Source of the DNA: Octopus vulgaris
Lineage: Eukaryota
Assembly (NCBI GenBank): GCA_951406725.2
Contig: OX597823.1
Location: forward strand, 76,694,001 to 76,758,000
Length of the DNA stretch: 64,000 nt
Direction of reading: 5' to 3'
Positions 40,345 to 53,825 of the stretch are shown piece after piece (the stretch's first letter is position 1; every line of letters begins with the position of its first letter). The notes under the pieces were generated by a model. It was not told the DNA's origin, did no database searches, and was given only the letters and a program-made list of their open reading frames with translations. The translations under genes and the position numbers were made by a program.

Positions 40345-41754
40345 CATATATACACATATGATAGACAGATATATATATATATATGTACACACATATGCAC
40401 ATATATACACATATGTATATATGTGTATATGTACATATATGTATATATATACACACACAAACACACACATATATATATATGTATATATGTATACATATAT
40501 GTACACATATATATATATGCATATTTACATATATATATACACATATATACATGTGTGTTTGTGTGCAAACACACACACATATCCACACACATGTATATTT
40601 GTATACACGCATACATATGCACACACACACACACAAAGACACATACACAAATATAATACAACTGTTCAGACATGCATACAGACACACTCAGAAATATTTA
40701 CATGCACATGCATGTCTTCATTTTATCGAATAAGTTGTTTAAAAATATTGCAGATTTCTATTTGAATACAAGAAGAAGCTATGAACAATGGAAAATTTTG
40801 TTTTGAATAAATCATATTTTTTTCTCATATTCAATATTTGTTCGTTTTACAAAAAATTTTTTTTTTCCAAGTAATAGAAGCATTGTTCAATGGATTTTTT
40901 TCCTGTTAGTCATATGTATATGTATTTGTTAGTATACCCTTATGTAAATATATAAGTATATATTTTTACAATACATATATGTAAATGTGTGTCTATAAAT
41001 GTGTGTGTTTTCAAATATAACTATAAGTGCATATATGTAGATATGTGTATGTATATATGTGTACATATATATATATATGCATGTATATATATGCGTATAT
41101 GTATTTATATACACATGTACGTACATCACATTGTTAACATGTGGTTAGATGTTTTTCATATAAAACATAAAATGCACACTACACACTTAAAAATTGTCTT
41201 GTAACACTGAAAAAAGTCAGTACTATTTCTTTTTATCAGCTTAAGATAAAACTTTAAAGCTTGGCTATACCAAGATATGAGATGTTTAAAACACTGTCAC
41301 AGAGATAACATCACATCACTCTCCAAATGAAGAATTGTTCCTACTGGTAGTGCATGGAAAGAGCCACACAAGACCATAATAGTTAAAAATAGTGTCATTT
41401 ATGTTTAACTGAAAAATATTACAGCATAATTCACTCTGTATCAATAATGGACAGAAAATACGGTTAATTTCTGTTTGTACACAAAGTACAAAGTTTTGGA
41501 GGTAAACGGAATTGATTTTGTAAGAAATTACATTACAACCTGCTTCCATTTATTTTACTGTGAGAAATATCACAATGTTTGGTGTTGCGCTGTTATTATT
41601 CCAAATGGAAGTGCAAAACCAGATCTTAAAATCAGCTACAATCTGTTCATGTATGCATGTGTGTGTGTGTGTGTACTGCAAACGCAAATGCACATAGATA
41701 TATATATATATATGGATGTATATGTATATTGTAGGTGCTTGTGAAATTTTTCAG

Positions 41755-41796
41755 TCAAACGGAGGTTAGAACAGAAGCCACAGGCGTTGGAGACTG
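41755..41796 (+). CDS. Candidate 42-nt host exon (KRRLEQKPQALET, or QTEVRTEATGVGD in another frame)
   Basis: tttttcag acceptor, CTG|gtaaaa donor, frame-preserving, GC/CpG-richer than its flanks. Confidence 0.25.
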
Positions 41797-43112
41797 GTAA
41801 AACGCTGTGCACATCAATGGGTTTAAAAATAATAGTCTCTTGAGTGAGAGTAAGTGCAGATCTTTGTGAAACATTTTCTTCTGTTGCTCCGAGGAAAGAT
41901 TGTTTGAAATTTTCAACAAAAATTTGGGTATTTTTTGCAATTAGAACTTAATTTAATCTTGATATGAGATGATGGAAGATGTAAGCTTTCAATTAACACT
42001 GTGGTCAAATGCTTACATCTTTTCTTATATAACTGTGCCTTATATAACTTGCTCATATCATGCAGCTGTTTTCTCATTTGTCACTTGACTTCCAGATATA
42101 CTTTGAAAGTGCTGTAGTATTTTCCAGCGTTAATGTCAAACATTCCACTCAAAATACTTGCCCAAGACTTTTACAAAAACATTTTGCTCTATGGGTTGGA
42201 AGGGAGGTCTGAACTTTAAAATTATGTGATTTTAGCGTAAACCTAACCATATAGCTATGCTCCCTGCATACCAGCTCTTATTTTGATACAAACAATGTTA
42301 AAAGTTATATATTTGTAAACAATATACGATTAAAACAATAAAGATAGAAAACTTCTGTAAATTAAGCCTGAATTTCTTTCTTGTTTTTGTCAGGGACATA
42401 GTTGATTATATTAGCCCCAGTGCTTGACCGATACTTATTTCATTGACTACGAAAAGATGAAAGGTAAAGTCAGTTTTAGTAGAGATTGAACTCAGAACAT
42501 ATAGGCAGACAAAATACCACAAACATTTTGTCCTGAATGCAAATGATTCTGCCAGCTTGCTGCCTTATACTAACAATATACAGAAACAACTCTAGCTTGA
42601 GTGATTTTGTTTTGTAGGTTTATTGAAAGAAGTTTGACCTTGGGCTAAATAACTTTATATACTACGTTATTATTACAATATAATGTAATAAATAATGTAG
42701 AAATGTAATGTAACTTTTATAATTTGTTTGTATTGTTTTTGAGATGAGGAAAATTATTTGGTGACCTGGATATCAATGTATTTACACGTAGAATCACAAC
42801 TCCATTATTGCTTTGGGAAATAACCTCTGTATATCGTTTGTTCTATATTTTGAAATTGTGTAAAAGTATTCAATGCAATACTATAAAAACTTTAAGTGAT
42901 TTTGAAAATAAGCATTTAAGTTTGAAACCAGTTGGGAAAGATCTATATTGATAGTGGTTTGAAATTATATGCAGACATTAAATGAAATCAAATTTTGAAA
43001 TTGGATAAAAAATGTTGCCTATTTTCAATTTTTGTCTTTCGTTTTATATGTGATTTGAATGAATCTCTAAAGTTTTAAACTTTTTCAACAATATATTATG
43101 TGTATACATACA

Positions 43113-43146
<34 letters not shown>

Positions 43147-43238
43147 CAATAAACATGAATACACACAAACACAAATATGCATACAGAACATACATACACA
43201 TACATATATACATACATACATACATACATACATACATA

Positions 43239-43573
43239 CATCATCATCATCTTTTAACGTCCGCTTTCCATGCTAGCATGTGTTGGACGATTTGACTGAG
43301 GACTGGCAAACCAGATGGCTGCATTAGGCTCCAATCTGATCTGGCAGAGTTTCTACAGCTAGATGCCCTTCCTAACGCCAACCACTCCGAGAGTGTAGTG
43401 GGTGCTTTTACGTGCCACCGGCATAAGGGCCAGTCAGGCGGTACTAGCAATGGCCACGCTCAAATGGTGTTTTTTATGTACCACCTGCACAGGAGCCAGT
43501 CCATCAGCATTGGCAATGACCTCGCTCAAATGGTTTTTCATGTGCCACCGGCACAAGTGCCAGTAAGGCGACT
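43239..43573 (-). mobile_element. RTE 3' UTR repeat (family A) in (TACA)n
   Basis: Family A blocks. Confidence 0.8.
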
Positions 43574-44154
43574 CTACATACATACATACATACATACATG
43601 CATAATGCATACATATATTATTTAAATATTATTTAATAACAGTTTGATTCAGTTCCCTGCAACTTAAAGCTACATAGGCTTGATAGGCTTGTCCAGTGAA
43701 GCTAACACCAGGCTCTATGAGCCTGATAACTTCAGTACATTTGATGTGCCTACAAATCTTATCCATTTAATTTTGTTTAGGCACAAACCTCAGAATGCAT
43801 GCTTAAAAGTTTCCATGCTCCTCATTGTCAGCCACCACTTGCTACTTCCCTGTCTCAGAGTAATCCAATGAAATGGCTATACTGGTGGAACTCCTTTCAG
43901 CTTAGGATAACTATAATAATAACAATAATAACTTGCAGCTTGAAATTTATACACTTTATTAATGCATAGCAACATGTTTCTGCACCCCACACATTCATTA
44001 GATAACAGCAATTTTCCATATTCATTAGAAAGTGTACAGAAGAATATGTTGTGATGCATTAATAAAGCCTATTAATATTCATTCACAAGTTATTGTTGTT
44101 ATTACACACACACACACACACACACATATATACATACATATACACATATATATG

Positions 44155-44209
<55 letters not shown>

Positions 44210-44253
44210 GTATATATATATACGTATGTGTATACGTATATATATATGTATAT

Positions 44254-44284
<31 letters not shown>

Positions 44285-44689
44285 CACATACACATACATA
44301 CATATATATATATCATAAGCATCGTCATCGTTGTCATTTAACGTCTGTCTTCCATGCATGCATGGGTAGGTAAGGGTGTATAATGGTTTGTGGGCCCTCT
44401 GAAACCAGTGAGCTTAATGTTGTTGATGCTCTGATTAAATCATTGCTGGTTAATGTCTGCAAGAAAGACATGAGAAAGGAGCAGGTTCTAAATGCTTTTT
44501 GTTTTAAAGAAGGAAGTCTATACAAAGTACAGAGCCAGTGAATGGTTACTTGTGCAATAGGGGTCACAGGAGTTATAGAGATGAGTAGCTCATTGATGCT
44601 TGAGCAGTGGACGTGCAAGGCCAGCAAGATTCAAGGAGATGTGAGAATTATAGATAAGACAAAGAGGAGATGACACACCTGTGGACCAG

Positions 44690-45990
44690 ATCAAGTTTCT
44701 TTATGTCTGAAAGCCTCCTTGCATTCAAACATTTCCTTGACTTACGTCCTGATCCCCAGCCTAACACTCCTACTCTCCTCTGATTGACCAAACTACAAAA
44801 CTAATTCTCCCTTAGAATTGCTTTTCTTTCATTTTTGGTAAAAATTTCCCTTTAAAGTCTTACTAAGAGGTAAAGTGTAGCAATGGGAACAAAAGTAGGC
44901 CCCAACTCTATGAACGTTTTTGCCAGCTATGTTGAGCCCCAGTTGTTCTCACAATCCCATTCCTTAGCTATATGGTCATTACATCGACGACTGTATTAGT
45001 GTAACTTCACCTGCTTGTAAACAGTTCATCTCCTTCCTCCCTTTCATTCATTTCTTCCACCCCACATCTGAATTCTCTTGCTTTGTCTTCAGCACCTCCA
45101 TTAACTTCTGTTATCACTTTTGTTATCATCTGTCACTCTTCTCTTACTATTTCCATCCCCTACAAATCTACAAATTCCCACTTGTATTTCAACTTATTCT
45201 CTTCCCACCCACGTACACCAAAATGTCCATCCCTTACTCTCGGTTCCTTCATCTGCGTTGGCTTTGTAGTGACCATCATGACTTCAAAACACTGCACAGT
45301 CCCAACTCATAGCTTTCCAATTTATTTAATGCAGATACCCTCCACTATCATCCAAGCTGCCCTCATCCATGTTCAGCCTTTTCATTGTACACAGACCTCT
45401 CTCCCCATGCCTATTCCATCCTTACATGCCTTCACCTCTTCTTATCTACCATCCCTCCATCATTCCAACACACTATTTTACATGCTCTCTGCTATCTCCT
45501 ATCTGACACATCCATCTCCTGCGTTTTCCTCAACCTGCCACTCCCTTCCTTCAAACATGCCCACTATCTACATAATCTTCTGGCTTGTAGCTCTTGCCCC
45601 ACTTCCAGCATTTGGTCCAGCTCCTTCCTTTGCTCCCACCCACACTGATATACATGTTCCTTCCTCTCTAACACCTCCATATTCACTGTTACCACAACCA
45701 ATCCTTCCTCATTACCACTCTCTTCACTTGCTGCATCTGCTGCTCTCTTTGCCACCCTTTGTACATTGGACAAACTGGTGAACACCTGGTTAATCTTTGG
45801 CTGAAAACCTCCAGGACATCAAACTCAGTAATGACACCCCAGTCAAATGCCATATCTGGCGAACATCAGTTTGTGTTGAGACTGGCCTTGCACAGAGGCC
45901 ACGTGGACACCTTTCTTCATCTTGAGCAGGAATTAATTTTTTCTCTATCCAAACATCAGTCCCTCATAGTCTAAATTTTCCATTCCTTTC
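44690..45990 (+). mobile_element. Decayed Penelope-like element (Neptune-like), RT plus GIY-YIG
   Basis: VAMGTKVGP, YGHYIDDCIS, YKSTNSHLYF...SSHP, CSDHHDF, YIGQTGEHL, EQELIFSL; frameshifted. Confidence 0.75.
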
Positions 45991-46136
45991 CATTAAAAGC
46001 CCCCATTTACACACTGTTTCACACATCATCCCCCTCTTACACTGTCTGTGTCCACTCAACTTTCATTGCACACACACCTAAACAACACTAGCGAACTCAT
46101 TACCAACACCACACTGACATGTTCAGACTACATATA

Positions 46137-46171
<35 letters not shown>

Positions 46172-47319
46172 ACACACACACACACTCCTTCTTCCTACTT
46201 TACATACACTAGCACCCACATTTCCATTACCATCCTCTATGCTACCCATCTTTATACTTATTGTAACAAGTATATAACACAACTACATTTCCCAATGATT
46301 ACTACTTTTGTCACATGTTTTCCACTAGACATCTCTATCCAGTATGACACACATAACACCCTCATGCACACATGCACAAACAAAAACAGAACATGCATAC
46401 ACATACACATGTATATACACACATTTATACATACACAAACAGAAAACAGCAAACACACATGCATACATACATTTACAAATTCATAAACAGAAAACTGTAC
46501 ACACACACATGCATACACACATTTACCCATGCACAAATGGAAAACAGCACAGACACACACATGCATACATGCATTTATATATGCACATACACAGGCATAT
46601 ACACATTTGCTCATGCGCAAATACATATGGTACACACACACATTCTTGCACACATACACTCTCACACACACTATTGCATGCACACACACTTACATTCACA
46701 CTCGTGCACACACACGTATGCTGGATAGCTTTATATACGCACACTTGCAAATCAACATACTCACACATGAACACTCAATATACACACACATAAGAGCTTC
46801 ATATACATATGTTTGTATACACACACATGTCAGATACCCTCATACATATAAAGACAGAAAACAAGGATGCAAACATATACACATATACACACACACACAA
46901 ATGCACACAGTAATAGCTTCATACATGTGCATGAGCTTGCACTCACACATGTGAGATAGCCTCATACACACATATGAGCACACACACATATATACCAGGT
47001 CTACAGTTGTCTCCCTTGCCACTTAAACCTCATGTCACCCTTCACAGTTGGCCCCTTGCCACTTACACTTCTAACAACCTCTTCCTTCTTACAGTCATTT
47101 CAATGTATGCTAACCATCTAATTGAGACATGTTTGCTCTTTTCTCTCAATTTTTTCTCCCCTCATCTATTCTTTCTGCAGAAGAGCACATACTTGAAATG
47201 CAAAAGACTTTCCCCTTTATTTTTCTTGGATGTAAACCTAATACACTCCCTGTTTGTTTTTGTATTTTGAAAGCATATTCTTTTCAACATTTTTCCTTTT
47301 TCTACTCTAGGCAGAAGAC

Positions 47320-47697
47320 CCAAAATTTTTGGGGAGGTGGGGCCAGTCGATTAGATCAAGCCCTGTATGCAACTGGTACTTAATTTATCAACCCCAAAAG
47401 GATGAAAGGCAAAGTCGACCTCAGCAGAATTTGAACTCAAAACATATAGACAGATGAAATACCTATTTCTTTACTTCAAACAAGGGGCTAAACATAGAGG
47501 AGACAAACAAGGACAGACAAAGAGATTAAGTCGATTACACTGACTCCAGTGCGTAACCCGGTACTTATTTAATCGACCCCGAAAGGATGAAAGGCAAAGT
47601 CGACCTCGGTGAAATTTGAACTCAAAACGTAAAGACAGATGAAATACCGCGAAGCATTTCACCCAGCATGCTAATGTTTCTGCCAGTTTGCCACCTT
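47320..47697 (-). mobile_element. Two tandem or nested family C SINEs
   Basis: Two aaaggatgaaaggcaaagtcgacctc cores, each followed by cagatgaaatacc. Confidence 0.8.
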
Positions 47698-47926
47698 TTC
47701 AAAGCATATTCGCATTAATCATGCTTACATTTTCAATAAATAATGCATCCAATAGCAGTTTGATGAGAAAATAAATGGAATATAGTTACTTCTTTGAAAA
47801 TAACTATCTGTTAGTAGTAGAAAGGACGACTAACCACACATGCTGCAAAAAGTCTCATTCAACCCATGCCTGCAAAGAAAGAGAGAACGTAATTGTCAAA
47901 ATGAAGATTGTCAAAATGATATAGAC

Positions 47927-47969
47927 ACCTCTGATGAGAACCCAGTAAGGTTTGAAAATTTATTAAGGT
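47927..47969 (+). ncRNA. Minimal type I hammerhead ribozyme
   Basis: acct-CTGATGA-gaacc(cagtaa)ggttt-GAAA-a(ttta)t-TA-aggt; all core nucleotides and stems I-III are present. Confidence 0.7.
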
Positions 47970-47987
47970 TGTTCATCCTTTTTATAA

Positions 47988-48646
47988 GCCTAGGAGTGGC
48001 TGTATGGTAAGTAGCTTGTTTACCAACCACATGGTTCCGGGTTCAGTCCCACTGCGTGGCACCTTGGGCAAGAGTCTTCTACTACAGCTCCAGGCAGATC
48101 AAAGCCTTGTGAATGGATTTGGTAGACAGAAACTGAAAGAAGCCCGTCATATATATGTATATATATATGTGTGTGTGTCTGTGTTAGTCCCCCCCCCAAC
48201 ATCATTTGACAACCGATACTGGTGTGTTTACGTCCCTGTAACTTAGCAGTTCGGCAAAAAGAACCGATAGAATATGTACTAGGCTTACAAAGAATAAGTC
48301 CTGGGGTCAATTTGCTTGACTAAAGGCGGTGCTCCAGCATGGTCACAGTCAAATAACTGATACAAGTAAAAGAGTAAAAGAAGCCCGTCGCATACATGTA
48401 TATATATATATATGTATATGTGTGTATACGTTTGTGTGTCTGTGTCTGTCCCCGCTCCCCAACATCGCTTGACAACTGATGCTGGTGTGTTTACATCCCC
48501 GTGACTTAGCGGTTCAGCAAAAGAGACCGATAAAATAAGTACTAGACCGACAAGGAATAAGTCCTGTGATCGATTTGTTTGACTAAAGGTGGTACTCCAG
48601 CATGGCCGCAGTCAAATGACTGAAACAAGTAAAAGCGTAAAAGAGT
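47988..48646 (+). mobile_element. SINE family B with tandem duplicated 3' half
   Basis: Full copy to about 48380, then a repeat of aagcccgtc...aaacaagtaaaag. Confidence 0.85.
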
Positions 48647-48894
48647 AATAATAAACATAATGACTGTGGTGCTTAAAGCCAATGTTGCTTGCCATCATTT
48701 CATAGAATTTCTCACTGTTTAATCTTGCAGTTGACATAAAGATAATAAAAGTGGATCAAACAGAACATCAATCACTGTGTTGCGCCAGAGAGAATAATTA
48801 GATTTAAATGAATAAATTAACTATGCCACATATACTAAGTAGTCTTTCTTCCTCATGTTCATGCTGTCAAATGTACAAATGAGAGAATAATCAT

Positions 48895-49618
48895 ACAAGG
48901 GGGTGCTGAAATTTTCCTTGCTTTAAGGGTATCACAAAAGGCTTTATTGGAGGCCTAAACTTCCGAGTTCTTTTACAGGCCTTAGAAAAACTGAAGAACC
49001 ACTGCAATGAGTGTGTGAAGCTGAGAGGGGAATATCTATATATATAAAACTCTAGTTGTGTGAGTGTCTGTCCCCTTCGATTTAGATTCCTAACTCCTCC
49101 CACATTTTGCGGTGCAGTTTAACCAAATTCGGGTATCTTATAGTCGTGATTCATATCGAGCCCGTCTGACTATTAGTGCGCGTCAACGATGAGTCTACGA
49201 TTTAAAAAATAATTTAACATCATTTTTTATTCCATTTTAATGCATAAAATGCATCGTATGTCGATGGCGGCGGAGTTGGCGTCCACGCTCACAGCTGCAC
49301 CTGTTTGCTTCTCCCACCTTCTTCCCTCGTGAAGCTGTGGGGAAGGGAGTGTAAAGAAATCAACGTCGTAATGCGTTGTGAAGGAAACCAGCGTTCTTTT
49401 AGAACAACGACTTCATGGCTTGAAGACACCAAAACAAAAATGGCTAAGAAAGCCCGAATTTATAAGGGAAGTAACTCTCTAAAAATGCTTATATAGTTAT
49501 TTCCCTTACAAACCCGAGCAACGCCGGGCGATACTGCTAGTGTTACATAAAATCATATTTTACTGATCCTCCTGTATTTTATTTTTACCCAAAGCCAAAA
49601 ACTTTTCAGTACCCCCTC
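48895..49618. mobile_element. Mariner-derived MITE split by a Helitron
   Basis: TIRs aggggggtgctgaaa / tttcagtaccccct; halves colinear with 38738-38953. Confidence 0.75.
49035..49540 (+). mobile_element. Non-autonomous Helitron
   Basis: 5' TC, 3' CTAG, subterminal hairpin cccg-agcaacgc-cggg, inserted at A|T with no TSD (gaata|tgtt as in the empty paralogue at about 38875). Confidence 0.85.
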
Positions 49619-49644
49619 ATACATATATATATATATAGATAGAT

Positions 49645-49731
49645 CATCATCATCATCCTCATTGTTCGACCGTGGTCGAGACAATGGAATTTACCATGCT
49701 ACGCTAGACTTTACGGTCCATCATAGCATTA

Positions 49732-49735
<4 letters not shown>
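49645..49735 (-). mobile_element. RTEX-like LINE extreme 3' end
   Basis: NAMMDRKV*RSMVNSIVSTTVEQ* plus (GAT)n tail. Confidence 0.55.
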
Positions 49736-49778
<43 letters not shown>

Positions 49779-50114
49779 TAAATATTTATGTGTGTATATG
49801 TACATACGTATGTATCAATCTATCTATATATCTATGAATGTTTGTATGTATGTATGTATGTATCTATCTATCTATCTGTCTATCTATCAATCTATATGTC
49901 TGTCTATCCATCAATCTATCTCTCTCCCTATATATATATTTCTCTCAATTTTTTTCCTCTCTTCATCCATTTCCTTTCTTCATTATTTTCTGTAGAAAAG
50001 TATAGGCTTGAAATGTCAAAGTCTTTTTTATTTTTCCTGACCGTCAAACTGATTCACCTTGTTTGTTATTCCCTCACCTGTCTCAGTCTTTTGGTTTTTG
50101 TACAATTTTGAATC

Positions 50115-50147
<33 letters not shown>

Positions 50148-50150
50148 CAT

Positions 50151-50545
50151 AGGCATAGAAGTAGCTTGCTTACGAACCACATGGTTCTGGGTTCAGTCCC
50201 ACTGCGTAGCACTTTGGGCAAATGTCTTCTACTATAGCCTCAGGCTGACCAAAGCCTTGTGGGTGGATTTGATAGATGGAAACTGAAAGAAGCCCATCGT
50301 ATATATGTTTATATATAAGTATGTGTGTGTATATGTTTGTGTGTCTGTGTTCGTCCCCACAACATCACTTGACAACCAATGCTGGGCTGTTTACGTTTCT
50401 GTTACTTAGCAGTTTGGTTAAAGAAACCTATAGAATAAGTACTAGGCTTAAAAAGAATAAGTGCTGAGGTCGATTTGCTCGAATAAAGGCAGTACTCCAG
50501 CATGGCCACAGTCAAATGACTGAAACAAGTAAAAGAGTAAAAAAG
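50151..50545 (+). mobile_element. SINE family B
   Basis: Match to 4474-4876. Confidence 0.85.
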
Positions 50546-51557
50546 TATATATATATATATTAGACAAACACACACATACACATACACACATATATGTACA
50601 TTTACCTTCATATACACATATATATTTAAATATCTATATGCATATATGTACACATGCGCATATACTAACACAGAGGTGTTTTTGTACAGTATATAGCTAT
50701 ACAAACATGTACACGCACGCACACACACATCGAGTGATATTCCTAGACCTTCTTAGGTATTAATCTAGACTGCACTATCTGAGTTTTGTTTGCTTTGTAG
50801 TGTCTTTCTATTGATAAAGCTTTCATAACTAATCTTTTTTATGTTTTAGGGAATTCTATACATACAAATGCATGTGTTATCAACAAATATTTGTTCTATC
50901 TAGTTCTTTTAGTGCTGTGTAAAGCAATGCATTGCGATATATCTTCTTTTTATTACAAGTACATTGTCAGCTGGTAAGATAAATGCACGCTACGTACAAA
51001 ACACAACCAATGTAAATAGTTAGAGCTATAAAGTTTAACTTTCATGTTTGTATTCAAAATTGTAAATTATATTAGTCATATGAAGTTTGTTCAGCTGCTT
51101 GGTAGCTTGTTGTTTGGTTTTTGAAGAGGATATCTTTCATTTAAGCGTTTTTTTGTATTATATTATTAATGCTAGTTTATCGTTGTAATGTATGTTGTGT
51201 AGCGTATTCATTTGCTCAATGGCCAATATGTATTTGCTCATTGCAATACACTTTATGTCTGCTTTGTTGTTTTCACTGTTCATTGCGTCTGGTGTATTTA
51301 TTGGGTGGAATTTCTTTAAGTGTATATCCGATATTGATTGTCTTGGTATTGTTCTATTCATTCCATGTTGTAATACTTTAATTGTGGAAGAGAAGAGTCT
51401 AAAGGTTTGTTTTTTTTTTTTTAAGTAGGGATTTTACAACTTTTATTTTATCCTGAGGTGGATATTCATTATTTCCTGGCATGTGAATAATCATTTGTTT
51501 GGGGGCTTTAGTGAGAACTAATGCAAACTATATCGATTTCACCTTCTTTTCACAAAG

Positions 51558-51592
51558 GATCAGTGAAAATCATGACCTCAACGTACCTTGAG
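51558..51592 (+). CDS. Candidate 35-nt host exon (GSVKIMTSTYLE)
   Basis: Branch actaat, pyrimidine tract tttcaccttcttttc, aag acceptor, GAG|gttaag donor, in about 1.3 kb with no recognisable repeats. Confidence 0.3.
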
Positions 51593-52115
51593 GTTAAGCT
51601 GTATAAATATGTTTGTACATAGAGGTAAACACACAATGCCTGTCTGTTATATTTCCTTTATATTTACATCTAAAAACAGAGTTGCTGTGTTGCATTAATT
51701 TTTGCTTAATCCTGCAGAATTTAAACCAGCCATAGCAAAACCCAAATAATTTACCTGTTTTATGATGAAACAGGTCATGTCTAGTCTTACATCTATCCTG
51801 CAGTGTTATTCTAAAAATGCGTAATAATACCATCAAAATTTCAAAGCTATAAGGTAATGCATGATTAGTCCAAAACAGTGTGAATAAATAATTGTTGCAT
51901 TCGACTGAATGATCTTCTGAATGCTAAATGAAAGGCCTGCGTAGGTTAGGCATTAATATTTGGAATAGCTCTAGTAAAAGTCACTTATTGCAGTCTCTTT
52001 GGCCAAGAGCTTTAAGATGACAATAACTGACCTGTTACATAAAGGTGTCACGATATCTTGAATGTAAATGGAACCCTGAGATGCAGAAATTTTGATTACA
52101 ATAAGAGTTTGATAA

Positions 52116-52632
52116 TTAGGATGAGGAAAAATTTCTTGCATGGTGTTAAAAGAATTCTTTGTTATATATTTTTGTGGTGTGTGCATTCATTCAGTTCGTG
52201 TCATGTTCAAAGTACTCAAAACTTGTTTGTCAAAAGTTTACTTTGTTTCAGCAAGATAACGCAAAGCTACATACCACAAGAAAGACTAGCAACAAGACTG
52301 AAGAACTGGAAGGTGTGGAAGTTCTACCACATCCAGCCTGTAGTCCAGGCATTGCTCCATCTGACTATGGTCTGTTTTGATCAATGCAGCACCTTATGAA
52401 AGGTCACCAGTTTGAGTCATTTGATGAAGTTGAAAAAGCCTGTCAAGGATTTTTCAATTCAAAGCCAAGGGATTGGTACTTTGACCGAATCCAAAAGCTT
52501 GCAGATCATTGGCAGAAGGTCACAGAACATAATGGTCTTTATTTTGAAGAATAGTTGTTGTTGTTTTTGAATAAATTCTTGCATAAAAAATCATTATTTT
52601 AACATGGCACACAAACTTTTTCTTCAACTTAG
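52116..52632 (+). mobile_element. Internally deleted mariner (DD34D-type)
   Basis: QQDNAKLH...LPHPACSPGIAPSDYGLF*SMQH...WQKVTEHNGLYFEE*; diverged TIRs. Confidence 0.85.
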
Positions 52633-52772
52633 TATTATAATATGTATCTTTCAGTCACTGTGTGTTTGTCTAACTCTCTTTTTGTCTTTTATTCTCCACC
52701 CTTTCTCTTTATGTATGTGTATATAGCTATAGATAGACAGACAGATAAATGTGTGTGTGTGTGTGTATGTGC

Positions 52773-52805
<33 letters not shown>

Positions 52806-53156
52806 CAAGAAATCAAAAAAGGAAAATACGCACACTTACATGGTTATAATATAATTTTTAATATATCGACCGGTTTCGCAATCGCTATGCATGATATAAT
52901 GTTTAATTTATATGAATATATATTTTTTCTTAAGAAGAAACATATATATATATATACATAGACATATATAAATAAATAAATAAATGATATAAACACACAC
53001 ATACACACACACACACATGCTGAGTAAATCAAAGGAATTTTCAAGGAATTCAAATTATATTCCTCATAACAAGACAAAAAAACATTATTAATGGCAATGA
53101 GTGAATTTATAGCAGAAATTGAAAGAAGCTTTCATATATATATTCATACATACATT

Positions 53157-53302
53157 TGCCCGTAACTTAGTGGTTCAGCAAAAGAGACCAATAGAATATG
53201 TACTAGGCTTACAAAGAATGAGTCCAGGCATCGATTTGTTCAAATAAAAGCAGTGCTCCAGCATGGCCACAGTCAAATGACTGAAACAAACAAAAGAGTA
53301 AA
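53157..53302 (+). mobile_element. SINE family B, 3' fragment
   Basis: ccgtaacttag...gtcaaatgactgaaac. Confidence 0.8.
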
Positions 53303-53486
53303 ATTGTAAAGGATTCATGTGGAAGGAATATGTAGGAGAGGAAGTGATGGGGAAGAAGTAGGGACGATAGGTGTGAAGATTAGGAATCTCATGAAGGAGA
53401 TGATGAGAGAAGAGAACAAGTGGTGTGAAGTTGTGCTGGGGAAAACTCATCCGAATCATACAAACATAGAAAAATGGATGTAAAAT

Positions 53487-53825
53487 GATGATGGTGGTGG
53501 TGGTGGTGATGGTGATAGTGGTGGTGGCTGTGGTGGTAGTGGTGGTGGCTGTGGTGGTAGTGGTGGTGGTGGTGGCTGCGGCAGAGGTGGTGGTAGTGAT
53601 TGTAGTGGTGGTGGTGGTAGTGGTGGTAGTGGTAGTGGTGGTGGTGGTGATGACGATGGTGATGCTAGTGGTGGTGGTGGTGGTGGTGATGTTGATGATG
53701 CTGGGGGGGTGGTGGTAGAGGTGATGATGATGGTGGTGGTGGTGGTGGTGCTGCTGCTGCTGCTGCTGGTTGTGGTGTGATGGTGATGCTGATGGTGGTG
53801 GTGATTGTGATGATGATGATGATAA
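53487..53825 (+). repeat. (GGT/GAT)n microsatellite
   Basis: Seen directly. Confidence 0.95.

Noticed and set aside
40034-40765. 243-aa YI/HT-repeat ORF and the many similar ORFs (5251-5702, 32851-33298, 44032-44373, 55653-56003)
   Set aside because: Translations of (TA)n and (CA)n microsatellites, open on both strands
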